From contig CAWJKT010000029.1 in the NCBI GenBank assembly GCA_963843375.1, forward strand, positions 13,710 to 77,709: a stretch of DNA of 64,000 bases, given 5' to 3'. Position 1 is the stretch's first letter. Every line of letters starts with the position of its first letter. This document shows positions 49,859 to 60,577 of this stretch, in pieces. Both the position numbers and the translations under genes were made by a program. The notes under the pieces are model-generated. The model had not been told where the DNA came from. It did no database searches and saw only the letters and a list, made by a program, of their open reading frames with translations. The DNA comes from an uncultured Pseudomonadota bacterium. Its GTDB lineage: Bacteria; Oederibacteriota; Muellerivitia; Muellerivitales; Muellerivitaceae.

Positions 49859-50551
49859 TTGATTATTTCCGAAACCTTAATTGATAAACACTCCTGCATT
49901 ATTTTGGATCCGCCGATTATCCAACCTGGCATGCCAGTGGTTATAGTCTTGCATGGATTAGGAACTAACTCGGATGACCTTGTCCCTTTTTGCGAACAAT
50001 TAAAGATTCCCGATTGCCGATTTGTCCTTCCCGACGCCCCTCTTCATTTGCCTGGTTATCCGGAAGGGGCCTACGCCTGGTATGATTTTCAGTCCCATGA
50101 AAGATTGGAAATTATAAATAGCCGGGAATATCTTGATAAAGTCATGGACCGATTTTCGGATGATCCTAATTTGAGGCCTTCTCCCGGCAGCGAGAAAAAG
50201 CCTCATCCGATCATCCTGATGGGTTTTTCTCAGGGCGGGGTGATGGCTTTGGAAGCTGGATTAAACTATAAGGGCAATATCGCAGCCATCATTTCCATGA
50301 GCGGCTATATGCCCGATCCTTGGGCGACTTTAACTAAAGCTGAGGCGCCTCTTGAAACCCCTATTCTTTTGGTGCATGGAGCCGAAGACCAAGTCGTGCC
50401 GCTTGAAGGTTCGCATCACGCGGCTGAATCGCTCAAGCAGACGGGTTACAACCCTGTCCTCAAAATATTTCCCATGGGTCATACCATCACTTTGGAATCC
50501 CTCCAGGAAGTTTCAAATTTTCTTAAGGAAATCATTGTTAAAAATCGTTAA
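49859..50551 (+). CDS. Phospholipase/carboxylesterase (alpha/beta hydrolase)
   Basis: LHGLG, GFSQGG, HGAEDQVVP, MGH. Confidence 0.92.
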   Translation: MIISETLIDKHSCIILDPPIIQPGMPVVIVLHGLGTNSDDLVPFCEQLKIPDCRFVLPDAPLHLPGYPEGAYAWYDFQSHERLEIINSREYLDKVMDRFSDDPNLRPSPGSEKKPHPIILMGFSQGGVMALEAGLNYKGNIAAIISMSGYMPDPWATLTKAEAPLETPILLVHGAEDQVVPLEGSHHAAESLKQTGYNPVLKIFPMGHTITLESLQEVSNFLKEIIVKNR

Positions 50552-50677
50552 CCGCCTGTTCATAAAGGCTTCTCAGCCGGCTGTGAATGACTTGAAAACC
50601 CATCCAACCCTTTGTAACTTAGCGGCGTTGTTTTCAACGGGATTTGAAACCTAATTTCTCATTCTGGAGGAGTAAAC

Positions 50678-51592
50678 ATGAGTTGGCTTCGAAGAATTTT
50701 CCTTTTTGTACTGGTCAATATCCTGGTAATGGTGACCATCACCACGGTCATTCAATTGCTCGGCCTTCAATCTTTTTTCTCCCAAAGGGGAATGGATTAT
50801 GGTTCCCTGATGGTTTTTTGTCTGGTTTGGGGTTTTGGGGGTGCTTTTATTTCGCTTCTCCTTTCCCGTTGGATGGCCAAAACCATGATGGGAGTCCAGG
50901 TTATTGACCCGGCCAACCCGGGAAGCCAAGAGGAACGCTGGTTGGTAGAGACCGTTTATCGTCTTGCCAAGAACGCCGGTTTAGAAACCATGCCGGAGGT
51001 AGGTTTTTACAACAGTCAGGATCCCAACGCTTTTGCCACGGGCCCTGGCCGGGACAGCGCTCTAGTGGCTGTTTCCAGCGGACTTTTTCAAATGATGGAT
51101 AAAGACGAAATCGAAGGTGTTTTGGGGCACGAACTTACCCACGTTACCAATGGGGACATGGTCACCATGACTTTGCTTCAGGGCGTCATTAACGCCTTCG
51201 TCATGTTTTTAGCTTATGCCGTTTCATTCGCCCTTACCCGCGGTAACGACAGGCGGGAAAACAACTTTATGACCCAATATTTTGTTCGGATGGCGTTACA
51301 AATGGTTTTTGGAATCCTGGGAATGATCCCCTTGATGGCTTTTTCCCGCTGGCGGGAATACCGCGCGGACGCGGGAAGCGCAAGGCTGGCCGGGAAAACA
51401 AAAATGATCAACGCTTTGAGAGAACTCCAAAGGGCCTATGAGCATCCGGTGCAGGCCCCGGCAGAACCGGCCGCGGTCGCGGCTTTCAAGATTTCCAGCC
51501 GGGACGGCTTTTCCCTTTTTGCCAGCCACCCGCCTTTGGAAAAACGAATTGAACGGTTGGAGTCAGCTTCGTTAATCGCTTCTGAAGATTAA
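50678..51592 (+). CDS. htpX: Protease HtpX
   Basis: PNAFATG, HELTH, SRWREYRAD, SHPPLEKRI. Confidence 0.96.
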   Translation: MSWLRRIFLFVLVNILVMVTITTVIQLLGLQSFFSQRGMDYGSLMVFCLVWGFGGAFISLLLSRWMAKTMMGVQVIDPANPGSQEERWLVETVYRLAKNAGLETMPEVGFYNSQDPNAFATGPGRDSALVAVSSGLFQMMDKDEIEGVLGHELTHVTNGDMVTMTLLQGVINAFVMFLAYAVSFALTRGNDRRENNFMTQYFVRMALQMVFGILGMIPLMAFSRWREYRADAGSARLAGKTKMINALRELQRAYEHPVQAPAEPAAVAAFKISSRDGFSLFASHPPLEKRIERLESASLIASED

Positions 51593-51605
51593 AATTGATG
51601 GGCTT

Positions 51606-51637
51606 AAAAGGCGGTTCCTTTTGGGGGCCGCCTTTTT
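51606..51637. terminator. Bidirectional terminator
   Basis: AAAAGGCGG...CCGCCTTTTT between convergent genes. Confidence 0.8.
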
Positions 51638-51641
51638 GGAT

Positions 51642-52700
51642 TTACGGCCAGTTGATTGGTAGGGAAGATGGACAGAATGAAGACCCTTCTTTTTTATAAC
51701 GAGATGCTAAATGATTAACTTTCCCATCCCTCAATGTTTCCACGTGGAGTTGTTCCCAATCGTAGTCGTTTTTGTCCGTGATGGTTTTGGCTTGGCGCCA
51801 AAATTTACGACCCTTGGATCGGTTACCTTTTAAAAATTCGATTTCCGCAAATCCCAAAAGGGTATAAATGCGACCCCGGGTATCACCGGTTTTCGTGAAG
51901 AGGCTGTCTGCTTTTTGGAAGGCCGACCAAGCCGGGGAATAGTCGCCTAACATTTTATCGTGTGGTGCCGATGGACCAGAGGGTATAAGCGTAACTGACC
52001 CGGTCGCCAATTGTTCCGTAGAGTTTTTCGGCTTTTTTATAAAAGGGAATGGCTTGTTTAAAACGGTTAGCCATCCGTTCCCCGTTCCCTAAACCACAGT
52101 AAGAGTAGGCGATTCCAAATGTGTCCTTCGGCGGCGCATGAGTCGGTTTGCCGCTTCGTAAAAATCTCTCGATTCTCCGTAGCGGCCCAGCATTCGGAAA
52201 ATTCCGCCCAAAGCGCAACAGGTATAGGCGATCCCCTCGTCATTTTTGAGGTGCTTAAACATTTTCAGGGATGTTTGAAGTTCTTTTAACCCTTTCTTCA
52301 TTGCGACCGGCAATTCGAAGGTGCCTCCCAAAGCCCAATGGGTGAAAGCCTCCCCTTGGTAATCTTTTTGCTTACGATAAGCTTGGAGAACTTTTTGAAG
52401 TAGAAGCAGGGATTCCCTAGATCTGCCGCAGGCTCGGGCGGCCAAAGCCCAACCCACCTGTGCATCCCAATAAGTTTCCGAATCCGTTTTACCCAGAATG
52501 AGGGAAGCTTTTTTGTAATTTTTGAGAGATTGTTGAAAATCTCCCTGGATTCTTTCGACGTCCGCTAAACCGAGGAGTGTTTCGATTTTTTCAGAAGAAT
52601 TTAAGGAAGGATCCCGCATTAATTTTTCATAAATTTTTTGGGCGGATCGGAATTCAGAGGCCCGCCGGGCTTTTTCCGCCTTATCAAGTAAACGATTCAA
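51642..52700 (-). pseudogene. TPR-repeat protein split by several indels
   Basis: Three overlapping TPR-like ORFs in different frames (52089-52700, 51955-52218, 51642-52010). Confidence 0.75.
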
Positions 52701-52797
52701 AAGTGATCCTTTTTCATTTAGATAACGTTAAGAATAGCGAATTGGTTTTTTAGAAAGGGAACCAATTAAATTTTCATACAAACAAAAAACAAACGTT

Positions 52798-52815
52798 TTT
52801 GTATTTAGATACAAA
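52798..52815. promoter_or_regulatory. Palindromic operator candidate TTTGTATTTAGATACAAA
   Basis: Near-perfect inverted repeat whose core is shared with 44734. Confidence 0.65.
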
Positions 52816-52886
52816 TAAGTTGTTTTGTATGCATAATGCTCCCGCAAGTGGATTTTTTCAAATATTTTGAAGAAAAGGAGAAAAAG

Positions 52887-54242
52887 ATGAAGTTTCTTCG
52901 TGTGTTATTCAATATTTTAAGGAAAAAACCGGCACTCTTTGCTACCGCTGGTTTTTATTCCATGGTGGTTACTTCGACCATGGCCCAGTCTACCGCTCCC
53001 CTATCCTCGCCAGTGGCTGGGACTCCTGCAATCAGCGCGGGCGATACAGCATGGGTTTTGGTCTCGGCGGCATTGGTTTTGTTGATGACGCCGGGTTTGG
53101 CTTTTTTCTATGCGGGAATGGTCCGTAAAAAGAACGTTATGGCTACCATCATGCAGAGCTTTTTCATGATTGCGCTCATCAGCGTCCAGTGGGTTATCTG
53201 GGGTTACTCCCTGGGTTTTGGTCCAGGGAAAAATTTCTTCTTGGGCGGATTGGACTGGTTCTTGTTGAAAGAAATGCCAGCGGTTAGTTCGCTTGCGCCC
53301 ACAGTCCCCCATTATGCTTTCATGATTTTCCAAGCCATGTTTGCTGTTATTACCCCTGCCCTGATTTGTGGGGCTTTCGCGGAACGGGTTAAGTTTACCG
53401 GATTCGTAGTTTTCTCCTTGCTATGGGCCACTTTTGTTTATGACGTCGTCTGTCATTGGGTATGGGGGGGCGGCTACTTCGGAACCCTGGGAGCTTTGGA
53501 TTTTGCGGGAGGGACAGTGGTTCATATGACCTCCGGCTATTCCGCCCTTACCCTGGCCTTGCTTTTGGGTAAGCGGAAAGGTTATGGAAAAGAATCCATG
53601 GTGCCACACAACCTGACCTTGGTGCTTTTGGGAGCCAGCTTGTTGTGGTTTGGATGGTTTGGTTTTAATGCGGGTTCGGCTGGAGCCGCCAATTCCTTGG
53701 CCTGCAACGCCTTCGTGACCACGAATACCGCGACAGCTATGGCAACCCTGATGTGGTGCTTCATCGAAATGATCCACAGGGGAAAGCCTACGACCCTGGG
53801 CGCGGCTTCGGGGGCGGTGGCGGGCTTGGTGGCGATTACCCCCGCTTGCGGTTTCGTGGATTTGACAGGGTCTCTTTGGATAGGGGCAATCGTGAGCATC
53901 CTTTGTTACACGGCCATTCAAGTGAAGGTCAAACTAGGATATGACGATTCGCTGGATACCTTCGGCGTACACGGCGTGGGTGGAACTTTTGGAGCCCTTG
54001 CAACCGGTTTATGGGCCTTGAAGGCCATCAATAGCGGGGGGGCGGACGGATTGTTTGCGGGAAACCCGGCGCAATTTATCATTCAATTAAAAACGGTTCT
54101 TGCGACGGCGGTTTGGTCAGTGGGAGTAACGGTTGTTCTTTACTTTCTTGTTGAAAAGACGATAGGATTCAGAGTCAGCCAAAAAGATGAAGAATTGGGT
54201 TTGGACTTATCCCAACACAGCGAAGAAGGCTACCACATCTAA
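52887..54242 (+). CDS. amtB: Ammonium transporter
   Basis: LMTPGLAFFY, DFAGGTVVH, WFGWFGFNAGS, DDSLDTFGVHG. Confidence 0.97.
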   Translation: MKFLRVLFNILRKKPALFATAGFYSMVVTSTMAQSTAPLSSPVAGTPAISAGDTAWVLVSAALVLLMTPGLAFFYAGMVRKKNVMATIMQSFFMIALISVQWVIWGYSLGFGPGKNFFLGGLDWFLLKEMPAVSSLAPTVPHYAFMIFQAMFAVITPALICGAFAERVKFTGFVVFSLLWATFVYDVVCHWVWGGGYFGTLGALDFAGGTVVHMTSGYSALTLALLLGKRKGYGKESMVPHNLTLVLLGASLLWFGWFGFNAGSAGAANSLACNAFVTTNTATAMATLMWCFIEMIHRGKPTTLGAASGAVAGLVAITPACGFVDLTGSLWIGAIVSILCYTAIQVKVKLGYDDSLDTFGVHGVGGTFGALATGLWALKAINSGGADGLFAGNPAQFIIQLKTVLATAVWSVGVTVVLYFLVEKTIGFRVSQKDEELGLDLSQHSEEGYHI

Positions 54243-54284
54243 GATTAAAACAACATTATTCCACTATTAGAACTTGAAGGAGGA

Positions 54285-54626
54285 ATGAGAATGAAAAAAA
54301 TAGAAGCAGTAATTCGCCCCAGCGCGTTGCGGGAGGTTTTGGACGGTTTAAAAGCCGTGGGCTATTCGGGGGTGACCGTGAATGAAGTGTCGGGCCACGG
54401 TAAACAAAAAGGGATAACGGAATCTTACCGGGGACAAAGTGTCGAGGGGTTGCTGCCCAAGTTAATCCTAACGGTGGTGACAGGAGATAAGCAGGTTAAA
54501 AAAATAACCGGCATTATCATCAAAACTTCCAGAACGGGAGAAATTGGGGATGGAAAGATATTTGTGTCTCCCATTACGGAAGTAATCCGAATTCGTACAG
54601 GTGAAAAAGGAGAAAAAGCCCTTTAG
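54285..54626 (+). CDS. glnK: PII protein linked to amtB
   Basis: PII motifs; directly downstream of amtB. Confidence 0.9.
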   Translation: MRMKKIEAVIRPSALREVLDGLKAVGYSGVTVNEVSGHGKQKGITESYRGQSVEGLLPKLILTVVTGDKQVKKITGIIIKTSRTGEIGDGKIFVSPITEVIRIRTGEKGEKAL

Positions 54627-54718
54627 TCTGATTTTGAGTTAAACTAATGGTCTTAAACCCGGTTTAAAAACGGGCTTTAGGGCCATTTTTTTTGCCCGAC
54701 GAGAAAAAGGGGGGGGGG

Positions 54719-55714
54719 ATGCGCCAAAAATTATATTGTCTTTCACTTCTTTGGTTCCTGGTGGCGGTTCAAACCTCGGCTGAAGAATCATTTCCAACCT
54801 TGACAGTTGATCCGTGGAATGGCCACAAGGCGGCAACATCATTTACTTTCGATGATGGCGATCCTTCGCATTTGGATGTGGTCGTACCTGAGTTGAATCA
54901 GAGGCATATGAAAGGAACTTTTTTTCTTATTGCCAATCGCATTGATCGAAAGGATGACTGGCGCAAAATCCTGGCGGCGGGACATGAAATCGGAAACCAT
55001 ACCTTGGATCACAAACACGCCAATGAACTTACCCCCCAAGATGAGGAAGCCCAGGTGGTCGGGGCGCAAAATGTATTACAAAAGGAATTTGGCGTAACCG
55101 TCGATACCTTTGCCTATCCCTATACCGAAATAACCCCCGGCCTTAAGGCGCAGGTCGAAAAGACCAATCTGTTGGCTCGGGGAGGCTATGGCGCCAACTT
55201 TGAGATAACTCCCGATCAGGACATTGATTGGATGAATATTCCTTCTCGCACGACAATGACACTTTTACCTTTTTCCACCTATCAAACCTGGATTGAAACG
55301 GATTTCAATAAGGGTGGCTGGCTTGTGTGGATGATCCACGGATTGGAAGGAACTCCCTGGGGCTGGGAACCTATTAAGAAAAAAATATTCGAGCAGATAT
55401 TGGACGCGGTTCAAGCCAAGGATATTTGGGAGGGAACTTTTTTGGAAGTTGGTTCTTATTTACGCGCTCAAAAGATTTTTGAGAAAAGCGCGATTCAAAA
55501 AACGGCTTCTGAGGAAACTTGGACTTGGGTCATTCCGGACCACTTGCATTCCAATGTTATTCTGAAATTGAAGGTCCGATCCGGTTCCAAAATGGATGAC
55601 AAAAACATAGAGATCTGGCAAGGGATTCGAAAGCTTTCACCCGATGAAAAAGGCGATTACTCGGTCGACTTTTCCCAAGAAAAGCTCATTATTCGTCTCA
55701 CCGCTAAAAATTGA
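54719..55714 (+). CDS. Secreted polysaccharide deacetylase
   Basis: TFDDG, HEIGNHTLDH, FAYPY. Confidence 0.9.
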   Translation: MRQKLYCLSLLWFLVAVQTSAEESFPTLTVDPWNGHKAATSFTFDDGDPSHLDVVVPELNQRHMKGTFFLIANRIDRKDDWRKILAAGHEIGNHTLDHKHANELTPQDEEAQVVGAQNVLQKEFGVTVDTFAYPYTEITPGLKAQVEKTNLLARGGYGANFEITPDQDIDWMNIPSRTTMTLLPFSTYQTWIETDFNKGGWLVWMIHGLEGTPWGWEPIKKKIFEQILDAVQAKDIWEGTFLEVGSYLRAQKIFEKSAIQKTASEETWTWVIPDHLHSNVILKLKVRSGSKMDDKNIEIWQGIRKLSPDEKGDYSVDFSQEKLIIRLTAKN

Positions 55715-55912
55715 GTTGAAAATGAATAAAGAATGAAGTTCTTTCCCTTAGCCTTCAGAAAAATGACAGGTGTGAAAAATTTTATGTAATTCATTTTCCA
55801 AATAAGATATGGTCTGGTTTTCTAACATAAATTCTGCTTAGAATGACTGTCAAATTTATCACAAGCTTATTTTTTAGTTAGGTCTAATTTTTCATAAAAT
55901 CAGGAGACCACT

Positions 55913-56929
55913 GTGGCAACAATCAAGGACGTCGCCAAAATGGCGGGAGTCACCATTGGAACCGTTTCGAGGGTTTTGAACAACAAAAAATGGGTCAGCG
56001 AGGATTGCCGCAAGAAAGTTTTAGTCGCAATCAAGGATCTTCACTACAAACCCCAGGCGCATGCCCGCCGTTTGCGCCAAAAACATTCCCGCATCTGTGG
56101 CGTCATCGCCCCTCATCATACCTCCGTTTTTCATAGCCCTTTCTTTACCAGCATCATGGAAGGACTTGAGGAAGTCGCCGCTGAGAAACAATACCGCCTT
56201 CTTCTTCATCCACTAAGCGAAACGGCCCGCGCCCAGATTTCCTACCGCACTCTTTTAGGAGATGGCAGCGTAGATGGTATGTTTGTTTTGAACGCCTGGT
56301 CAACCGATGCTTCCATCCGGGATTTGACTGAAGCGAATGTCCCCTTTGTGCTGATCAACGGCAAAATCACGGGACATGAAGACCTTCCGTATGTGGGTTT
56401 CGATAACCGAGGTGGCGTCAAAAAGGCGATCGAACACTTGGTTCAATTAGGGCACGAACGTATTGGCATCATCAATGGGCGCATGACTACAACGAACGCC
56501 TTGGAGCGTTTCCAATCCTTTCAGGAAAATCTGGCCGAGCATAAATTGGAATTCCACCAAGAATGGGTAGCCGATGGGGATTTTGAAGAAGAGGGTGGTT
56601 ATAAGGCGGCTTTGAAAATACTGGCTTCGGTGAGGCGCCCCAGCGCGATTCTTTGCGCCAGCGATCTTATGGCTATCGGAGCTGTTCGGGCCTTAAAAGA
56701 AAAGGGAATATCCATTCCCGAAGACATGTCCATTGTTGGGTTTGATAATATGGAGGAGGCGATCTATCACGAGCCTCTTTTAACCACGGTCGCTTTCTCA
56801 GCCTATGAAATGGGCAAATTAGCCGCTCAAAAAATTTTCCAAATCATCGCAGAGGAACCTTTGGCGGAAAAGGCGACCACCCTTCAGGCCGAATTGATCG
56901 CAAGGGAATCCACCCGGAAAATCAAATAA
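55913..56929 (+). CDS. LacI family transcriptional regulator
   Basis: TIKDVAKMAGVTIGTVSRVLN, IPEDMSIVGFDN. Confidence 0.96.
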   Translation: MATIKDVAKMAGVTIGTVSRVLNNKKWVSEDCRKKVLVAIKDLHYKPQAHARRLRQKHSRICGVIAPHHTSVFHSPFFTSIMEGLEEVAAEKQYRLLLHPLSETARAQISYRTLLGDGSVDGMFVLNAWSTDASIRDLTEANVPFVLINGKITGHEDLPYVGFDNRGGVKKAIEHLVQLGHERIGIINGRMTTTNALERFQSFQENLAEHKLEFHQEWVADGDFEEEGGYKAALKILASVRRPSAILCASDLMAIGAVRALKEKGISIPEDMSIVGFDNMEEAIYHEPLLTTVAFSAYEMGKLAAQKIFQIIAEEPLAEKATTLQAELIARESTRKIK

Positions 56930-57095
56930 TCTCATCTGAAACCAAGCATTACAATAAGCCTTGTCGTAGGGCTACAGCCTACCGATAGGGTTTTTTATTT
57001 TGGGGGGCTATTTCCAAGAAGTGAGGCGTCCAAACCAGAACCCTGTTATTTTTACGAAAGGTAACTATCATTTGAATATATGCGTATTTAGCCAC

Positions 57096-58889
57096 ATGAA
57101 TCAAATCAACCGTATTTTCGCTTTCGCCACTTTTTTTGTCCTGTCGGCTATTGGGTCCGTACAGGGACAGTTACCCGCCAATAGCAGCCAGGTCGTGACG
57201 GTCCAAGGATTCCCTTCCTTAAAACCCATTCATCCGGGAACCTTATTTACGGTTGCCATCCAAGTTCAAGTCAAAGAGGGATGGCATGTGAATGCCAACC
57301 AAGGCCTGCCAGAATTCTTTATTCCCGCCGTGCTTTCGCTCGATTCTGGTGGACCAGTTAGCCAAGTTTCATCCACTCGTTATCCCGAGGGTGTGAAAAA
57401 AGCGCTAGGAGGGGTCGCCCAAGCCTTTCCAGTATATGAAGGAACAGTCCTCCTTTATGCTGATTTAAAATTGAACGAGGACGCCCAGAGGGGTTCACTG
57501 ATGTTGCCCTTCACCTTAAGGGTACAGGCTTGCAATAACCAGGTTTGCTTGGCCCCGGCTTCAATAATGGTTAAGGTTCCCATTGAGGTAGCGGGGTTGG
57601 ATCAGCCAGTGGCTCCGGTCTATCCTGAATTGTTTCAAACCGCCCCAACGTCCCAAACCGGCGAGGAAGTCTCTGAGAATATCATCGCCAAATATCTGCG
57701 GAACAACGGGATCCTATTGACCTTCGTTCTGATTTTCCTGGGTGGCTTGGCTTTAAATTTGACGCCCTGTGTTTATCCCATGATTCCCATCACGATTTCT
57801 TATTTCGGGAATCAAAAGGCCGAAAAGCCGTTGGTTATTCTGGGGCGGGCAGTGGCTTATGTCGTGGGTATCTCGATTACTTATTCCTCGTTGGGCGTTA
57901 CGGCTGCTCTCACGGGGAAAATTCTCGGGTCCACTCTTCAGTCACCTTTTGTTTTGATAGGAATCTCTTTAGTTCTTGTTACCCTTTCATGTTCCATGTT
58001 CGGGCTCTACGAAATCCAGGCTCCGAATTGGCTATTAACCAAAATCGCCTCCAGCAACACCCAAGGATGGCTGGGCGCTTTGGGAATGGGACTGGTTTTT
58101 GGCATAGTGGCGGCCCCCTGCGTGGATCCGTTTTCGATCGGCCTGTTAACTTTCGTGGCGGCGAAAGCCAATCCTTTCCTGGGTTTCATTATGTTTTTCA
58201 CTCTTTCGCTTGGGTTGGGATTTCCTTATATATGGCTTGGTTTTTTTTCCACAGAACTTCAAAGACTGCCCAAATCGGGTATGTGGATGGTTTGGGTAAA
58301 AAAAGTATTCGGCCTCATTCTTTTTGGGATGCCGCTTTATTTCCTCAATCCTCTGATGCCGAAGGATTTAAACCATTATCTTGTTTCAATCTATTTGGTT
58401 GGCAGCGGAATTTTACTAGGGTGGTTTTTCTCGGGTAACGGGGTGACGCCCGGATTCAAGAAATTCCAAAACACTTTCGGTTTGGCGGTGCTGGCGCTGG
58501 GGATAGTGGTCTTCACAGCTTGGCCCAAGCCCACGGAGCTGTCCTTCACCCCTTATGATGCCGGGTTACTTCAAGAGGCCCAGAGGGAAGGAAAACCCGT
58601 CTTTATCGACTTTACCGCCACTTGGTGCCTGCCCTGCAAGGAATTGGAAATTAAGACATTTTCCGATCCAGGGGTGCGCCAGGCTTTTGAAAAGTGGGTT
58701 CTCTTAAAGGCCGACCTGACTCAATATTCCTCCGGGCCGGTGGAGGAATTAAAAAAAACCTACGGCATTGAGGGGGTTCCCACCCTGATCTTTATCGGGG
58801 TGGATGGCCAAGAAAGAAAGAACCTACGGGCCGTTGGTTTTATTCCAAGCGGCGATCTTCTTCAAAAAATCAACCAAACTTCCAATTAA
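57096..58889 (+). CDS. dsbD: Thiol:disulfide interchange protein DsbD
   Basis: QACNNQVC, LTPCVYPMIP, AAPC, LPKSGMWM, WCLPC. Confidence 0.92.
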   Translation: MNQINRIFAFATFFVLSAIGSVQGQLPANSSQVVTVQGFPSLKPIHPGTLFTVAIQVQVKEGWHVNANQGLPEFFIPAVLSLDSGGPVSQVSSTRYPEGVKKALGGVAQAFPVYEGTVLLYADLKLNEDAQRGSLMLPFTLRVQACNNQVCLAPASIMVKVPIEVAGLDQPVAPVYPELFQTAPTSQTGEEVSENIIAKYLRNNGILLTFVLIFLGGLALNLTPCVYPMIPITISYFGNQKAEKPLVILGRAVAYVVGISITYSSLGVTAALTGKILGSTLQSPFVLIGISLVLVTLSCSMFGLYEIQAPNWLLTKIASSNTQGWLGALGMGLVFGIVAAPCVDPFSIGLLTFVAAKANPFLGFIMFFTLSLGLGFPYIWLGFFSTELQRLPKSGMWMVWVKKVFGLILFGMPLYFLNPLMPKDLNHYLVSIYLVGSGILLGWFFSGNGVTPGFKKFQNTFGLAVLALGIVVFTAWPKPTELSFTPYDAGLLQEAQREGKPVFIDFTATWCLPCKELEIKTFSDPGVRQAFEKWVLLKADLTQYSSGPVEELKKTYGIEGVPTLIFIGVDGQERKNLRAVGFIPSGDLLQKINQTSN

Positions 58890-58931
58890 CGTTCTAGTAA
58901 AGAAAATTTTCCCACTCGGAAATTCGGCAGG

Positions 58932-60290
58932 TTATTCGCCTAGTTTATGAAGGGTGTCAAAGGAATAAAGGCCCGTGCCGTGCCCGTCGGACCATTGAAA
59001 ATGCAAGGCGTACCGCCCCACGGGGGCCACGCCCATGATGCGGACTTCCGGGTCAATGGTTTCCAAATTAACCATCCGCTCACCGGTGACTTCGTTTACG
59101 CACTGGGCGCAGGGGCACATGCTGCGCAGGTAACGATTGGGGTAGCGCATTGTCTTTCCGTCGTCCCAGGTGATGACTGTCACATGGGGGTCCTTGGTGT
59201 CCACTTCCTTTGGGCGGTTTGAAATTTTGCTGGTGGCGTTGTTAATAATGGAAAGTTGGGAAGCCATCTGCTTGGCCATCAAGTCGTAAGCAATTCCAGC
59301 CGGTGTTTCAGGATGGGCGGCTACCGTCGGCATACCGTAATCCCCATCGGCGGCAATGATGGGCTCCAGGGGTACTTCACCGAGGAAGGGAACCACCAAT
59401 TCCTCCGACATTTTTTTTCCGCCGCCCTTTTTGAAAATGTGGGTCGTTTCATGGCAATGTTCGCAGACGAACCCGCTCATGTTTTCCACAATGCCAATGA
59501 TAGGGACCTGGAGCTGTTGGAACATGCGCAACCCTTTTTGGGTGATGGTGCGGGCCACGTCCTGCGGCGTGGTGACGATGATAGCCCCTGCCAGGGGAAC
59601 GGATTGGGTCAGAGTCAACTGGATATCCCCGGTGCCAGGGGGCAAGTCGATCAAAAGGTAATCCAAAGCCCCCCACTCAACTCCACCTAAAAATTGCTGG
59701 ACCAGTTTGCTCGCCATGGGTCCGCGCCAAATGAGCGCGGTGTCGGATTCCTGTTGAAGCATTCCCACGGACATAAATTTAATACCATATTTCTCAAAGG
59801 GGATCATTTTCTTGGAGAGTGGATCGGTAGCGGGTTGTTGTCCGATCACGCCCAACATTCGGGGGATAGAAGGGCCATAGACGTCAGCGTCCATCAAACC
59901 AACAGCAGCTCCGGTTTTGGCCAGTGCCAGGGCTAGGTTGGCGGAGACGGTGCTTTTACCCACCCCCCCTTTGCCGGAAGCGACGGCGATGAGATTTTTC
60001 ACCGTGGGCATATTGAGGTTCTTGATGCCCGTTGGGGCTTGCCGTACGTTGGAGGTCATGGTGACCTCCACATGGGTGACGCCCGCGATTTTTTTGACTT
60101 CTTCGGCGGCCTGGGCCTTGAACATGTCCTTGACCGGGCAGGCGGGAGTGGTCAATTCGATCTCAAAACTGACCTTACCCGAATCAATCTTCATGTTTTT
60201 AATGAATCCCAAAGACACAATATCCTGGTGAAGATCGGGGTCCTTGATGACTTTCAGGGCGTCCAGCACATTTTGTTCGTTCAAACTCAT
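58932..60290 (-). CDS. mrp: Mrp/ApbC Fe-S carrier ATPase with C-terminal DUF971-like domain
   Basis: LTTPACP, SGKGGVGKST, DLPPGTGD; tail CPCAQC...WSDGHGTGLY. Confidence 0.92.
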   Translation of the reverse strand: MSLNEQNVLDALKVIKDPDLHQDIVSLGFIKNMKIDSGKVSFEIELTTPACPVKDMFKAQAAEEVKKIAGVTHVEVTMTSNVRQAPTGIKNLNMPTVKNLIAVASGKGGVGKSTVSANLALALAKTGAAVGLMDADVYGPSIPRMLGVIGQQPATDPLSKKMIPFEKYGIKFMSVGMLQQESDTALIWRGPMASKLVQQFLGGVEWGALDYLLIDLPPGTGDIQLTLTQSVPLAGAIIVTTPQDVARTITQKGLRMFQQLQVPIIGIVENMSGFVCEHCHETTHIFKKGGGKKMSEELVVPFLGEVPLEPIIAADGDYGMPTVAAHPETPAGIAYDLMAKQMASQLSIINNATSKISNRPKEVDTKDPHVTVITWDDGKTMRYPNRYLRSMCPCAQCVNEVTGERMVNLETIDPEVRIMGVAPVGRYALHFQWSDGHGTGLYSFDTLHKLGE

Positions 60291-60577
60291 GAGTTTGCGG
60301 CTCCTTATTTATCGTGAGGGTATAAAATCAAGTTTTGTCGCGGAAAATACAAGAAGGCAATTTGTTTTCCTTTCGGCCTTTGCCCAATTGGGAGTGAGGC
60401 GATATTGTGCCATCGGATTTTGATTCGGAAAAGTTATATTTTCCTGAGGAATTACGTTAAAATAACTTGGCGAATCTTTCGATGTCTTTTCAAATAAAGT
60501 GTTTTTCCTTGGCCTTTCCCAACGGAAAGGAATTCCGGCCCGACTTTTGTGGCCTGCGTAACGTACAGGTTCTTCAT

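Noticed and set aside
51642..52700. Programmed frameshifting in the TPR gene
   Set aside because: Several indels are clustered, including an apparent compensating pair near 52295-52320, with no slippery motif; sequencing error or decay is more likely.
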